From assembly GCA_947505635.1 (NCBI GenBank), contig CANNLR010000001.1, forward strand, positions 1 to 57,855: a DNA stretch of 57,855 bases, written 5' to 3'. The notes under the pieces were generated by a model that had not been told where the DNA came from, searched no databases, and saw nothing but the letters and a program-made list of their open reading frames with translations. Position 1 is the stretch's first letter, and the number at the start of each line of letters is the position of its first letter. A program made the position numbers and the translations under genes. This DNA comes from Chlamydiota bacterium (GTDB lineage Bacteria > Chlamydiota > Chlamydiia > Chlamydiales > Rhabdochlamydiaceae). Shown here piece after piece: positions 28,408 to 37,896 of the stretch.

Positions 28408-29472
28408 TTAGAAGTCAAATCGAATTCGAGCGGTAAGACCTTGAAGATACAAATTTCCCCCTCTTGCTAATCCAAGATCTAAGGAAAGTCGATTTTGGTT
28501 CCACCAAACTTGCTCTTCCCATCCAGCTTGTACGCTGACATGGAGATGGTCTTGAAAGAACCAAACATCTTTACGCACGCCCAAGCCAAGTTCTAGAACA
28601 GGACTTAAGGTGTTAGTGTTTCCTTTTTCTTTAACAGGATAGGCCATGTCGTGAGAAATTTCGTAGCTGTCATTTCTATGAATATCAAAAGAGCTCCAAA
28701 GAGCGGATAGGGCTAGATCTCCAAATAAACTCCAGCTTTCAGAAAGATGCCAAGATGTGTTAAGTCCTGATCGAATCCCAACACCCCAAAAGGAACTTTT
28801 GTTATTATTATGATAAGTAAAGGCTTTATCACTAACTTCCCCTTGATATTGATTATTAAAGGTTTGCTTTTGCCAAGATCCTTTAAGACCTACAAAAGGA
28901 CGCAAGGAAAGATACTTGCTAATATAGCAGTTACGTCCCAGTTCCCAGTCTATGTTATTAAAGTGAAAGCCCCAATTAGAATGTGCTGAATTGAAAAAAT
29001 CGGATAGTTCAAGCGTTATATAGGGGATAAAGGAAGGGGTAAGTCCATCGTCGTAATCTGCTTCAATAGAACTTTTGTTGTGATTGCTTTGGAACCATGT
29101 ATAATTCAGTAGGCTATCCCAAGAGTCATGACCAAAGTTAAATCCGAATCCTGCTTTAAATCCTGTTTCATAATGAGATTTAGGACTCTTAGATTGACCT
29201 GAAGATACAGAAAATGCAGGATTGTTTGTATATCCTGTAGAAGCATATTCTAAATTGTCTTCTTTAGCCGTCCAGTAAATGTAATCTCCTGTAAAAAACA
29301 TATTGACGCCATCAACTACGCGGGGGCCTGCAGAAGGGGTGATATCAGGATGCATACAATGGTAATCTGTGATTTTTCCTTCAGGAATTTGGATAACAGT
29401 GCTGTCTGCTATGATTTGTGTCATACAGAAAAGGGAAAGCGGAAAAAAAATGCTTTTTTGTAACATGATCAA
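28408..29472 (-). CDS. MOMP-like / Lpg1974-family outer membrane beta-barrel porin
   Basis: Signal peptide; YIYW, GFK.G.G, D.ELGR, LRPF.GL and GWE.Q.W motifs; C-terminal GLT...RFDF. Confidence 0.85.
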   Translation of the reverse strand: MIMLQKSIFFPLSLFCMTQIIADSTVIQIPEGKITDYHCMHPDITPSAGPRVVDGVNMFFTGDYIYWTAKEDNLEYASTGYTNNPAFSVSSGQSKSPKSHYETGFKAGFGFNFGHDSWDSLLNYTWFQSNHNKSSIEADYDDGLTPSFIPYITLELSDFFNSAHSNWGFHFNNIDWELGRNCYISKYLSLRPFVGLKGSWQKQTFNNQYQGEVSDKAFTYHNNNKSSFWGVGIRSGLNTSWHLSESWSLFGDLALSALWSSFDIHRNDSYEISHDMAYPVKEKGNTNTLSPVLELGLGVRKDVWFFQDHLHVSVQAGWEEQVWWNQNRLSLDLGLARGGNLYLQGLTARIRFDF

Positions 29473-29518
29473 CCTTTGAGTGTTTTATAAAAGAGAGTTC
29501 ATCATGGATAGGAAAAGA

Positions 29519-31342
29519 CTAAAAAGCAAATTTTTTTATATTAAGAATGTCTTTTTTTGAGAGGCCTTGCACTGTTTGCAAAGATTCTTCGGATTGGGAG
29601 AGAATATTTTGTAAACTGCCAAACTGACGAAGAAGATTTTTTTTCTTGATAGGGCCAATGCCAGGAATCGAATCTAAAGCGCTTTTTGTCGTTACCTTAG
29701 CTCGAGTTTTTCTATGAAAAGATAAAGCTTTTTCATGTGCTTTATCACGAATATTTTGTAAAAGAAAAAGAAGAGGGGAGTGAAATGAAAAAGAGATTGG
29801 CTCTTGATTATAAGGGGTATAGACTTTTTCTAATGTAATGCCTTTATCATGACGTGCTTTATCTTTTACAAGAGAGATGACATCGACATTTATGATATCA
29901 AGCTCTTTTAGTACATCAAGGGCTATATTAAGTTGACCCTTACCTCCATCAATGATGAGAAGATCAGGAAAACTTTCATCTTCTTTATTTTTAAGAAGAC
30001 TTCGAGTCAACACTTGATGCAAAGCTGCATAGTCATCGGGCTTATCTATTCCTTTTATATGATAAAGCCTTGTTTTTTGCCCATCTTGAACTCCATCGAT
30101 AAAGCAAACTACGGCAGCGACTAAATGAGATCCCGATAGATTAGATGTATCAAAACATTCGATCCGTTTGGGATAATGGCTTAAACCAAGAGTTTCTTCA
30201 AGTTCCAAGAGAAGCTCTTTAGAAGATTCTAACGAGGTTGTTTTCTGCAAAAAAGAAGCTTCTGCGTTTTTTTGAGCAAGAGCGAGGAGTTCTAGTTTTT
30301 TGCCTTTTTTAGGATGGTAAAGTTTTAAAGGAGAGGAATGAATATCTTGTAAAATGGAAAGAAGAGATTTCTCTTCAAGAAGAGAGAAGGGGAGAAGGAT
30401 TTCTTGAGGAATGGGTTCATTTCCATTATATTGTTGAAGGATAAAGGAGGTGAGAATTTCTGTATTTTCTTCTATAATATTTTGAAACAAGAAAGGCTCG
30501 GATCCGATAAAAGATCCTTGTCTGAAAAGAAGACGAGTTATAAGAACTTGGTGTCCTTTACAATATAATCCTAATACATCAATGTCTTTGCCTTCAGCTT
30601 GAGAAGAAAGGTTGGCGCTTTCGGTTATATGTTCAATTTGCCGGATGGTACGAAGTAAGGCGGCTGCTCTTTCAAATTCTAATTCCTCTGCAGCTTTATG
30701 CATTTTTTCTTCTAAGGTCTGTAATACTTTTTTGTTATTGCCTTGCAAAAAGGCGATAGCACCTTCTACGTAAGTCTTGTAAGTGCTTTCGTTACATTTT
30801 CCTACACAAGGAGCGATACACCTTTTAATATCGTATAAAAGGCAAGGCCTTGTTCTTCTTTTAAATTCTTCATCAGAGCATTGTCTTAAGGGGAAAAGTT
30901 TTGCCATTAAATCAAAGATTTGTCTCGCAGAAGAGCTGCTTGTATAAGGACCAAAATATAAAGCGCCATCATTAGGTTTATTGGTGAAACGACTAAAGGT
31001 GAGTTTGGGCCATTTTTCCTTAGGATTAATGGAGAGACTGATATAATTTTTATCGTCTTTTAGAAGAATATTGAATTTGGGTCGATGTTTTTTAATGAGT
31101 GTATTTTCTAATAAAAGCGCCTCTTTTTCTCCTTGGACGATGATTGTATCAATTGTTGAGAGTTCGCTGATAAGAAAGGGGATCGTTTTTCTTGTGTCTC
31201 TTCCTGGAATAAAGTACTGCTTGAGCCTTGTCTGTAAGCTGTTAGCCTTTCCTACATAAATGACTTTTCCTTTGTCATTTTTCATCAAATAGACGCCAGG
31301 GTCTAAAGGATAGTGTTGGAGTTGCTGAGGATCAAAAGGCAT
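29519..31342 (-). CDS. uvrC: Excinuclease ABC subunit C
   Basis: GIY-YIG (PGVYLM...IYVGKA), UVR domain, RIECFD.S, DGGKGQ and HhH (IPGIG). Confidence 0.96.
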   Translation of the reverse strand: MPFDPQQLQHYPLDPGVYLMKNDKGKVIYVGKANSLQTRLKQYFIPGRDTRKTIPFLISELSTIDTIIVQGEKEALLLENTLIKKHRPKFNILLKDDKNYISLSINPKEKWPKLTFSRFTNKPNDGALYFGPYTSSSSARQIFDLMAKLFPLRQCSDEEFKRRTRPCLLYDIKRCIAPCVGKCNESTYKTYVEGAIAFLQGNNKKVLQTLEEKMHKAAEELEFERAAALLRTIRQIEHITESANLSSQAEGKDIDVLGLYCKGHQVLITRLLFRQGSFIGSEPFLFQNIIEENTEILTSFILQQYNGNEPIPQEILLPFSLLEEKSLLSILQDIHSSPLKLYHPKKGKKLELLALAQKNAEASFLQKTTSLESSKELLLELEETLGLSHYPKRIECFDTSNLSGSHLVAAVVCFIDGVQDGQKTRLYHIKGIDKPDDYAALHQVLTRSLLKNKEDESFPDLLIIDGGKGQLNIALDVLKELDIINVDVISLVKDKARHDKGITLEKVYTPYNQEPISFSFHSPLLFLLQNIRDKAHEKALSFHRKTRAKVTTKSALDSIPGIGPIKKKNLLRQFGSLQNILSQSEESLQTVQGLSKKDILNIKKFAF

Positions 31343-31415
31343 ATATTTTTCCTAAAATTATACTCCTAAGTTTGCCTGAAGAGTTGACTCTGATGCAAGA
31401 AAGAAGTTAAAGTTT

Positions 31416-31445
31416 TTGACTGAAATACTACGCTTGTAGTAGGAT
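31416..31445 (+). promoter_or_regulatory. Promoter with embedded BlaI/CopY-type operator
   Basis: TTGACT-N18-TAGGAT with the palindrome TACTACG-CT-TGTAGTA (31426-31441) in the spacer. Confidence 0.8.
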
Positions 31446-31469
31446 GGTCCTTTATATAAAGGATCACGC

Positions 31470-31850
31470 ATGGGAAAACTTCGGTTTGGAGAGTTAGAAT
31501 TTTCAATTATGAAGATTATGAGGAAATTGGAACGTGCTACGGTTCGTAATGTCTTTGAAGAGTTGGGGGGTGGTAGCTACACAACGATCATGACTGTTAT
31601 GAGTCGAATGGCAGATAAAAAAGAGCTCTTTAGAGAAAAAGAGGGGAAACAGTATGTCTATTGGATCAATCAAAAAAATACAGCATCCTCTAAGAATTTA
31701 CTTCAAAGAATTCAACAAAAGCTTTTTGGTGGCAGTAAAACGGCTATGGTTAGTTATCTGCTTGAAGGGGATGAAGAACTTTCGGAAAATGATTTAAAAG
31801 AAATAGAAAAATTGATTCAAAAGTGTAAGAAGGAGAAAGAGCATGGATAA
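31470..31850 (+). CDS. BlaI/MecI/CopY family repressor
   Basis: E..IM.I.......TVR, YTT..T...R...K..L.R...G....Y and FGGS....V..L patterns. Confidence 0.92.
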   Translation: MGKLRFGELEFSIMKIMRKLERATVRNVFEELGGGSYTTIMTVMSRMADKKELFREKEGKQYVYWINQKNTASSKNLLQRIQQKLFGGSKTAMVSYLLEGDEELSENDLKEIEKLIQKCKKEKEHG

Positions 31851-32862
31851 GTTTGCTCTTTTTATTTTTAATGTGTTTATCAATAGCTTTCTTGTTTTTT
31901 TTACAACAAGCCTTCTTGTTGAAGGAGTGATCTGTCTTTTTAGAATCCGGCAAGGCAGGTGTTCTGCATTTTTGCGTATGATTCCTTTTTGTAAGCTTAT
32001 TTTAGATTTATTTATGTATAACTTTGCTAGATGGGCTTACTCTTCAGGGATAGATCCTTCACAGTGCGAAGAAGGAACTAGGTTTCTAACTGTAGGATTA
32101 TGGGTCAAATCTTTTTCTTATATAAAGTCTTGTATTGAAATGACAGTTGTTGGAGATAAGACTTTTACGTTAGCTGATATTTTAAGTTCAAAAATACCTT
32201 TTTACATTCTATGTAGCTTTGCGATACTTCTTTGCTCTATTTCTTTATTTTGTGTTTATCGGAAAATAAGAAAAATATTTGGAATAAGAGGTGTCTTTAA
32301 GGGGGACTTTTTATCTATAACGAACCCTGTTTTATTTTCGTACTGTCAGAGATTTCATATAAAAGTGATCCTTACAAAGGAGTGGATGGACTCTCCATGT
32401 ATTGCAGGGATTACATCTCCTACTATATATATTCCTGCAGCGTGTGCTTTTTCTTCTAAAGAACATGAGGCTATCATAGCTCATGAAGTCGAACACTATC
32501 GATATAAAGATACTCTAGTACGGGCGTTTTTACAATGCATTGGATCTTGTTTTTGGTGGATTCCTACAAACTGGCTGCAAAAACGAATAGAAGAAGGACA
32601 AGAGATTGGCTGTGATCTCGGTACTCTTAAGTTTAGAATAGATCCAATAGATCTTGCTTCTGCTATTCATACTTCAGCGAAACATTTTTTTTATGAGGCT
32701 AAGCAGCCCTTTGCTGCTTATTTTACTCAACGTACTCTTTACAAAAGAGTTTTTATGCTTTTGCATCCTGTAGCTAATAGAAAACGCTATTGGGTAGTTT
32801 CTTTATTAGCTGCAGGATTTGCTTTTATTGTGATTTTTTTAGGAAGATTTTGGATCTTTTAA
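31843..32862 (+). CDS. M56 family (BlaR1/MecR1-like) membrane metallopeptidase without a penicillin-binding sensor domain
   Basis: TM segments; SP...G...P.I..P, HEVEH...KD, FWW.P and E..CD motifs; coupled to blaI. Confidence 0.9.
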   Translation: MDKFALFIFNVFINSFLVFFTTSLLVEGVICLFRIRQGRCSAFLRMIPFCKLILDLFMYNFARWAYSSGIDPSQCEEGTRFLTVGLWVKSFSYIKSCIEMTVVGDKTFTLADILSSKIPFYILCSFAILLCSISLFCVYRKIRKIFGIRGVFKGDFLSITNPVLFSYCQRFHIKVILTKEWMDSPCIAGITSPTIYIPAACAFSSKEHEAIIAHEVEHYRYKDTLVRAFLQCIGSCFWWIPTNWLQKRIEEGQEIGCDLGTLKFRIDPIDLASAIHTSAKHFFYEAKQPFAAYFTQRTLYKRVFMLLHPVANRKRYWVVSLLAAGFAFIVIFLGRFWIF

Positions 32863-32887
32863 AAAAACACTTTTTTTTAACCTTAAA

Positions 32888-32903
32888 TACTACAGTTGTA
32901 GTA
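32888..32903. promoter_or_regulatory. Second BlaI/CopY-type operator
   Basis: Perfect-armed palindrome TACTACA-GT-TGTAGTA ending 11 nt before the ATG at 32915. Confidence 0.85.
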
Positions 32904-32914
32904 ATGGAAAATGT

Positions 32915-33343
32915 ATGAAAAGAATTATTTTTGCCTCGGTTATGATCATGGCTAGCACTCTAGCGGTTTTTGCTTCGGAAGAACGTGTGGAGTTACAGAT
33001 CGTATCTCTTTCGACTCTTACGAGTGTTGAGATGGAGTCGATTTTAACGCAAGCTCTTGGAAATGTGGTAGTGGAATTTCCCTCTGGTACGATTTTGCCT
33101 GTAAAATTTTTTCTAAGAGGGGACTTGGTCACTTTTGTAGAGCAAGAAAAAGAGATAGGCCAAGTTAAGATGGAGAAAACGATTTACGTACGTCTTATAA
33201 AAGAGGAATTTTTATTCAGCTTAGACCTCATAGAATGGAAATCGTTATTAGATCTTGTTACCGGAAGGGTAGATGTTTCTTTGGATATTGAAGAAACGAT
33301 TCCAACGATTACCTTTGGGGTAGAAGCTGGTCAGCGTAAGTAG
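32915..33343 (+). CDS. Exported hypothetical protein, probable BlaI target
   Basis: Signal peptide MKRIIFASVMIMASTLAVFA; beta-rich mature region. Confidence 0.75.
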   Translation: MKRIIFASVMIMASTLAVFASEERVELQIVSLSTLTSVEMESILTQALGNVVVEFPSGTILPVKFFLRGDLVTFVEQEKEIGQVKMEKTIYVRLIKEEFLFSLDLIEWKSLLDLVTGRVDVSLDIEETIPTITFGVEAGQRK

Positions 33344-33359
33344 AAAGCAAAGAACATTC

Positions 33360-33391
33360 AGAACCCACTTTATAAAAAAGTGGGTTCTTTT
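33360..33391 (+). terminator. Intrinsic terminator
   Basis: AGAACCCACTTT-ataaa-AAAGTGGGTTCT followed by TTT. Confidence 0.85.
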
Positions 33392-33544
33392 GTGATTAAG
33401 TTAAAATTTTTGTAGAATGTTAGTTTTTTAGGAGTCAGCATTTTTTCCTATTTAGACGGTTGAATATAAGAAAAGATGGAAAGGATACCCATCCTTTCTT
33501 TATATTCAGACTTATTGTTAATTTTTTCACAAAAGAGTTTTTAT

Positions 33545-34936
33545 ATGCCTTTTCCCTTAGCACAATACATAGCTTGGTTTGAAGAAAATGAAGAAAAAAT
33601 TCAGCAGGATTTTTTTCATTTTTTACGATTTTCTAGTATCAGTACAGATCCTTTGCATCATAAAGAATGTCTTAAAACAGCAGATTGGCTCTCTTCTTAT
33701 TTGCGTGATATAGGGATGAAGACAGAGCTACTTAAGAGTCCAGGGCTTCCTGTTGTGTTTGCAGATTCAGGGACAAAAGGAGCTTCTATTCCATCCGTTT
33801 TATTATATCATCATTATGATGTACAACCGGTTGATCCAGTCGATCTTTGGACAAGTGATCCTTTTTCTCCGCGACTTGATGGAGGATGTATATTTGCTAG
33901 AGGAGCTTCTGATAATAAGGGGCAATGCTTTATCACGCTAACGGCTTTAAAGGCTATGGGGCAGTTAACAAGAGATCTACCCTTACAAATTAAGCTTTTT
34001 ATAGAAGGGGAAGAGGAGTCTGGTGGCGCTGGAACCTATGTAGTTTTAAAAGAGAAAAAGGATCTATTGAAAGCAGATTTTTTATGTGTTGTAGACTTTG
34101 ATCTAGCAGCTCCTGATCAGCCAAGTATAGCAATGGGATATAGAGGACTTGCCGCTTTTGAAATAGAATGCATTAATGCACAAACTGATATGCATTCAGG
34201 TGTGCATGGGGGAATAGCTCTCAATCCTATTCATATTTTAACAGATATTATAGCTAAATTGCGGGATGAAACAGGAAAGATAACTATACCTCATTTTTAC
34301 GATGGTATTGATCCTTTATCTGCTGAAGAAAAGGAAAAGTTAGACCTTTCTTTTGATGAAAAAAAATATAGAGAAGAGTTTGGTGTTGGGGCTTTTTGTC
34401 AAGAAAAGGGAGTTTCTTTAAGAGAAGCTAATTGGCTAAGGCCTACAATAGAAGTTAATGGTCTTTGGGGCGGATATACAGGAGCTGGGTTTAAAACCGT
34501 CATTCCAGCAAAGGCTTATGCTAAGATTTCTTGTCGTCTAGTTCCTGGGCAAGACCCGGACAAGATAGAAAAGCATTTTACAGAGTTTTTAGTGCAGAAT
34601 ACTCCTAAGGGAGCTGAGATTCGAATTAAGTGGCATCATGGAGCTAAAGCGTATCGTGCAAGTTTTGATTCTCTTCTAGTAGCTGCTGTTTCTAAAAGCA
34701 TGGAAGATGTATTTCAAAAACCTTGTCATTACACTTTATGTGGGGGATCTGTTCCTATTGTAAAAGACCTTGCTGAAGCTGTAGGAGGGGATGTAGCCCT
34801 ATTTGGATTTGCCTTAGATACAGATAATATTCATGCCCCTAATGAGCACTTTCGGTGGGAGTGTTTTAAAAAGGGATTTTTAACGATAGCGCGGCTTCTT
34901 TGGGAGCTTGCGGAGCAAGGAAAGAAAAAACCTTAG
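33545..34936 (+). CDS. M20 family dipeptidase
   Basis: HYDVQP, ARGASDNKGQ, EGEEE, D.HSG..GG, GGS.P and HAPNE motifs; start uncertain (track gives 33476). Confidence 0.92.
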   Translation: MPFPLAQYIAWFEENEEKIQQDFFHFLRFSSISTDPLHHKECLKTADWLSSYLRDIGMKTELLKSPGLPVVFADSGTKGASIPSVLLYHHYDVQPVDPVDLWTSDPFSPRLDGGCIFARGASDNKGQCFITLTALKAMGQLTRDLPLQIKLFIEGEEESGGAGTYVVLKEKKDLLKADFLCVVDFDLAAPDQPSIAMGYRGLAAFEIECINAQTDMHSGVHGGIALNPIHILTDIIAKLRDETGKITIPHFYDGIDPLSAEEKEKLDLSFDEKKYREEFGVGAFCQEKGVSLREANWLRPTIEVNGLWGGYTGAGFKTVIPAKAYAKISCRLVPGQDPDKIEKHFTEFLVQNTPKGAEIRIKWHHGAKAYRASFDSLLVAAVSKSMEDVFQKPCHYTLCGGSVPIVKDLAEAVGGDVALFGFALDTDNIHAPNEHFRWECFKKGFLTIARLLWELAEQGKKKP

Positions 34937-35238
34937 ATACAGCGGGATTTCACCTTGGAGCTGGAGTAGCAAGATATTTGCTTATCTTTATTTAATCATG
35001 TGGGATGGACAGACTCTATGGATTACTAAGCCATGAGAGCTTATGTAGCAGAAAGGAAAAAGAATTGTCTTATTGGATAAATCTCTTGGGTTTGTAGGAG
35101 TGTCCTCACCTTAGAAAGCTGTCACTTTATCTGAGCTAAAAAACTCTGGTTTTAAATAAAGGGCAGTTTCTTGGCGTGGTCGTTCAATCCTTCCAGGGAA
35201 GGAGATTTATTACTTTTTGGTTGAATGCCAAATAAAAT

Positions 35239-36039
35239 CTAATTTTGAGGACTTAAGATGGTTAAGATCTCATGGCCTGTTTTTGTGATTAAAAGAGTAT
35301 GTTCCCATTGGGCACTTGGTTTACCATCATTTGTTCTCGCGGTCCACTGATCTTCAGGATCGATATACCCCGTTCGTACACCGGCATTGACCATAGGTTC
35401 TATGGTGAAGATCATCCCTTCGACTAAGGGGATTTTTATCTTGTTATAGTGATGAGGGATTTCTGGTGGCTCGTGAAGCCCTACCCCTACGCCATGAGCA
35501 ACAAATTGGGTTGCAATAGAGCATCCTTGCTCTTTTGCATAATCTTCGATGACCTTGCCAATCTCAGAAATGAGGACCCCAGGCTTCAAGATGGCAATAG
35601 ATCTCATAAGACATTCATAAGAAGTATCAACGACCTTTTGCTTTTCTTTGCTTACTTTGCCAATTGTAACCATCCTGCTGCAGTCCCCATAGAATCCATT
35701 TAAAATACAAGTGACATCGATATTGAGAATGTCTCCTTCCTTTAAAGGTCTATCATCAGGAATCCCATGGCAGATAACCTCGTTTAATGAGGTGCAGATA
35801 CTTTTAGGGAAAGGGGGCTCTCCATAGCCTAAAGGGGCTGGGATGGCATTTGCTTTTATGTGAAGTTTATGAGCAAAATCGTCAAGTTTTTGTGTGGTTA
35901 CCCCTTCGATCGCTTTTTTACAAGTTTCATCGAGGATGTAGGCGGCTAAATAGCAAGCTTGTCGAATTCCGGCAATTTGGGTCTTTGTCTTAAGGATGAT
36001 CCCATACGAATCTAGATATTCTTTAGAGAGCTTACTCAT
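35239..36039 (-). CDS. map: Type I methionine aminopeptidase, copy 2 (no SEC-C domain)
   Basis: CTSLNEVICHGIP, DVT, GDCSR, AHGVG...HE.P, TIEPM and AQWEHT motifs. Confidence 0.93.
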   Translation of the reverse strand: MSKLSKEYLDSYGIILKTKTQIAGIRQACYLAAYILDETCKKAIEGVTTQKLDDFAHKLHIKANAIPAPLGYGEPPFPKSICTSLNEVICHGIPDDRPLKEGDILNIDVTCILNGFYGDCSRMVTIGKVSKEKQKVVDTSYECLMRSIAILKPGVLISEIGKVIEDYAKEQGCSIATQFVAHGVGVGLHEPPEIPHHYNKIKIPLVEGMIFTIEPMVNAGVRTGYIDPEDQWTARTNDGKPSAQWEHTLLITKTGHEILTILSPQN

Positions 36040-36829
36040 GATAAACTTTCATGGTTTTTACATCTACGAATCCAAGCTTTTGATATAGCTGTTTCGCATC
36101 GTTGGTTGCTGTTAGAATGCACGTATCAAAACCTTTTGTCTTGGCTTCTGACATAGCCCTTTGAGTCATAAATTTCCCCAAGCCTCTTCCACGCATTTCA
36201 GGCAAAACAATCACATCAAATATCGAAGCTAACCCTTCATCAAAATATAAGGAGACAAGAGATACAGGATTTACCCCCTCATATCCAATAAAAAATAGTA
36301 AACGAGAATCTAAGAGGAGGATGTGCGCTGCCGATTGATGGTAAAACGACTCAATTGCCTCATGTTCGTGTTGTGGAAAGATCTTTTTCATTATATGGAC
36401 CAAATCTTGAATTCCCTCTTGGGTGCAGACTTTTCTAACGCTAAAATGAGTTAGATCAAGGTCCTCTTGATATCTAGGTAAGTCACAAGCCATTGCCCAT
36501 TCCATTTCATCACTGAGTAGTCCAAGCTTTTGCAATTCTGCTTCCAACCAAGAAGGTTCATCTTCAAACCCTACCCAGAAAGCATAAGGCAAATTTTTTG
36601 ATCTGAAATGATCAACACTTTTATGAATAGAAGAAAGATCTGTTAGCCCATTACAACACAAAATATTAAACATATCACAAGGGAGATTGCTATCTATCTG
36701 AAGAATGTTGTCTATTAGGCTTGCTTGCATAGAGTGAGTTGAGGAGGGGAGATAAGAAAACTTTCCTAGAATATTTTTATCAAATTTGCGTAGAAAAGTT
36801 TTTTCGAAAATCATACGTTTATCAACCAT
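36032..36829 (-). CDS. GNAT family N-acetyltransferase
   Basis: Acetyl-CoA motif V.PEMRGRGLG and L.AT..A..LY.KLGF. Confidence 0.9.
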   Translation of the reverse strand: MVDKRMIFEKTFLRKFDKNILGKFSYLPSSTHSMQASLIDNILQIDSNLPCDMFNILCCNGLTDLSSIHKSVDHFRSKNLPYAFWVGFEDEPSWLEAELQKLGLLSDEMEWAMACDLPRYQEDLDLTHFSVRKVCTQEGIQDLVHIMKKIFPQHEHEAIESFYHQSAAHILLLDSRLLFFIGYEGVNPVSLVSLYFDEGLASIFDVIVLPEMRGRGLGKFMTQRAMSEAKTKGFDTCILTATNDAKQLYQKLGFVDVKTMKVYHE

Positions 36830-37703
36830 TAACCCAGGGAGTTAAGATCTCACAGCCTGTCTTTGTGATTAGAAGAGTATGCTCCCACTGCGCGCTTGGC
36901 TTCCCATCATTTGTTCTAGCTGTCCAGTGGTCTTTAGAATCAATGTAGCCGGATCTTACCCCCGCGTTAATCATAGGCTCAATTGTAAAAGTCATCCCTT
37001 CAACAAAAGGGATCTTCACGGTGTTGTAGTGGTGAGGAACCTGTGGAGGTTCATGAAAGCCAACTCCTACACCATGTCCTACAAACAGATTGACAACAGA
37101 GCATCCTTGCGATGTTGCATAATCTTCGATAGCTTTTCCAACTTCGCAAACAAGTACACCTGGTTTTAAGATGGCAATGGCTCTCATAAGGCATTCATGA
37201 GAAGTTGCGACCACTTTCTTTTTTTCTTCGCTTACTTGACCAATCATCACCATGCGGCTACAGTCACCATAGAATCCATCTAAGATACAGGTAACATCGA
37301 CATTTAATATGTCTCCGTCTTGTAGGGGTCTATTATCTGGGATCCCATGACAGATGACCTCGTTTAAAGAGGTGCAGATACTTTTAGGAAAAGGAGGCTC
37401 TCCATATCCTAGAGGAGCTGGGATAGCCTTAGCTTCCAAGTGCATTTTATGAGCAAAGTCATTGAGCTCTTGTGTTGTTACCCCGGCTATAGCTTTTTTA
37501 CAGGTTTCATCTAAGATGTGAGAGGCTAAGTGACAAGCCTTTCGAATGCCTGTGATTTGCTTTTCATTTTTAAGTAAGATGCCATAGGTTTTTAAGTAGC
37601 GCTTAGCTAGTAGATCTTCTGTAGCTGTAGGAAGTTCTGGCGCATGGCATTTTTTCCATTTTTTGCCGCTTCCACACCAACAGGGGCTGTTTCGGTTAAA
37701 CAT
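36822..37703 (-). CDS. map: Type I methionine aminopeptidase with N-terminal SEC-C motif, copy 1
   Basis: RNSPCWCGSGKKWKKCH plus the full set of MetAP ligands. Confidence 0.95.
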   Translation of the reverse strand: MFNRNSPCWCGSGKKWKKCHAPELPTATEDLLAKRYLKTYGILLKNEKQITGIRKACHLASHILDETCKKAIAGVTTQELNDFAHKMHLEAKAIPAPLGYGEPPFPKSICTSLNEVICHGIPDNRPLQDGDILNVDVTCILDGFYGDCSRMVMIGQVSEEKKKVVATSHECLMRAIAILKPGVLVCEVGKAIEDYATSQGCSVVNLFVGHGVGVGFHEPPQVPHHYNTVKIPFVEGMTFTIEPMINAGVRSGYIDSKDHWTARTNDGKPSAQWEHTLLITKTGCEILTPWVNG

Positions 37704-37896
37704 GAAGGCATCCTTATGATATTCAAAGTATAATAATTAAATAGTAGGATAGCAGCTTTTTAAAATTATGTCGACTTTTGAATTACTTCTGACGGCTCTA
37801 GTTAAATGAATTTTTATTTTCCTTCCTCTTGTTGTAAGTTGCTATACACAAGGGACCCCTTATGGAAAGTTTAAATGGTGCAGTTTTAAAGACCTT

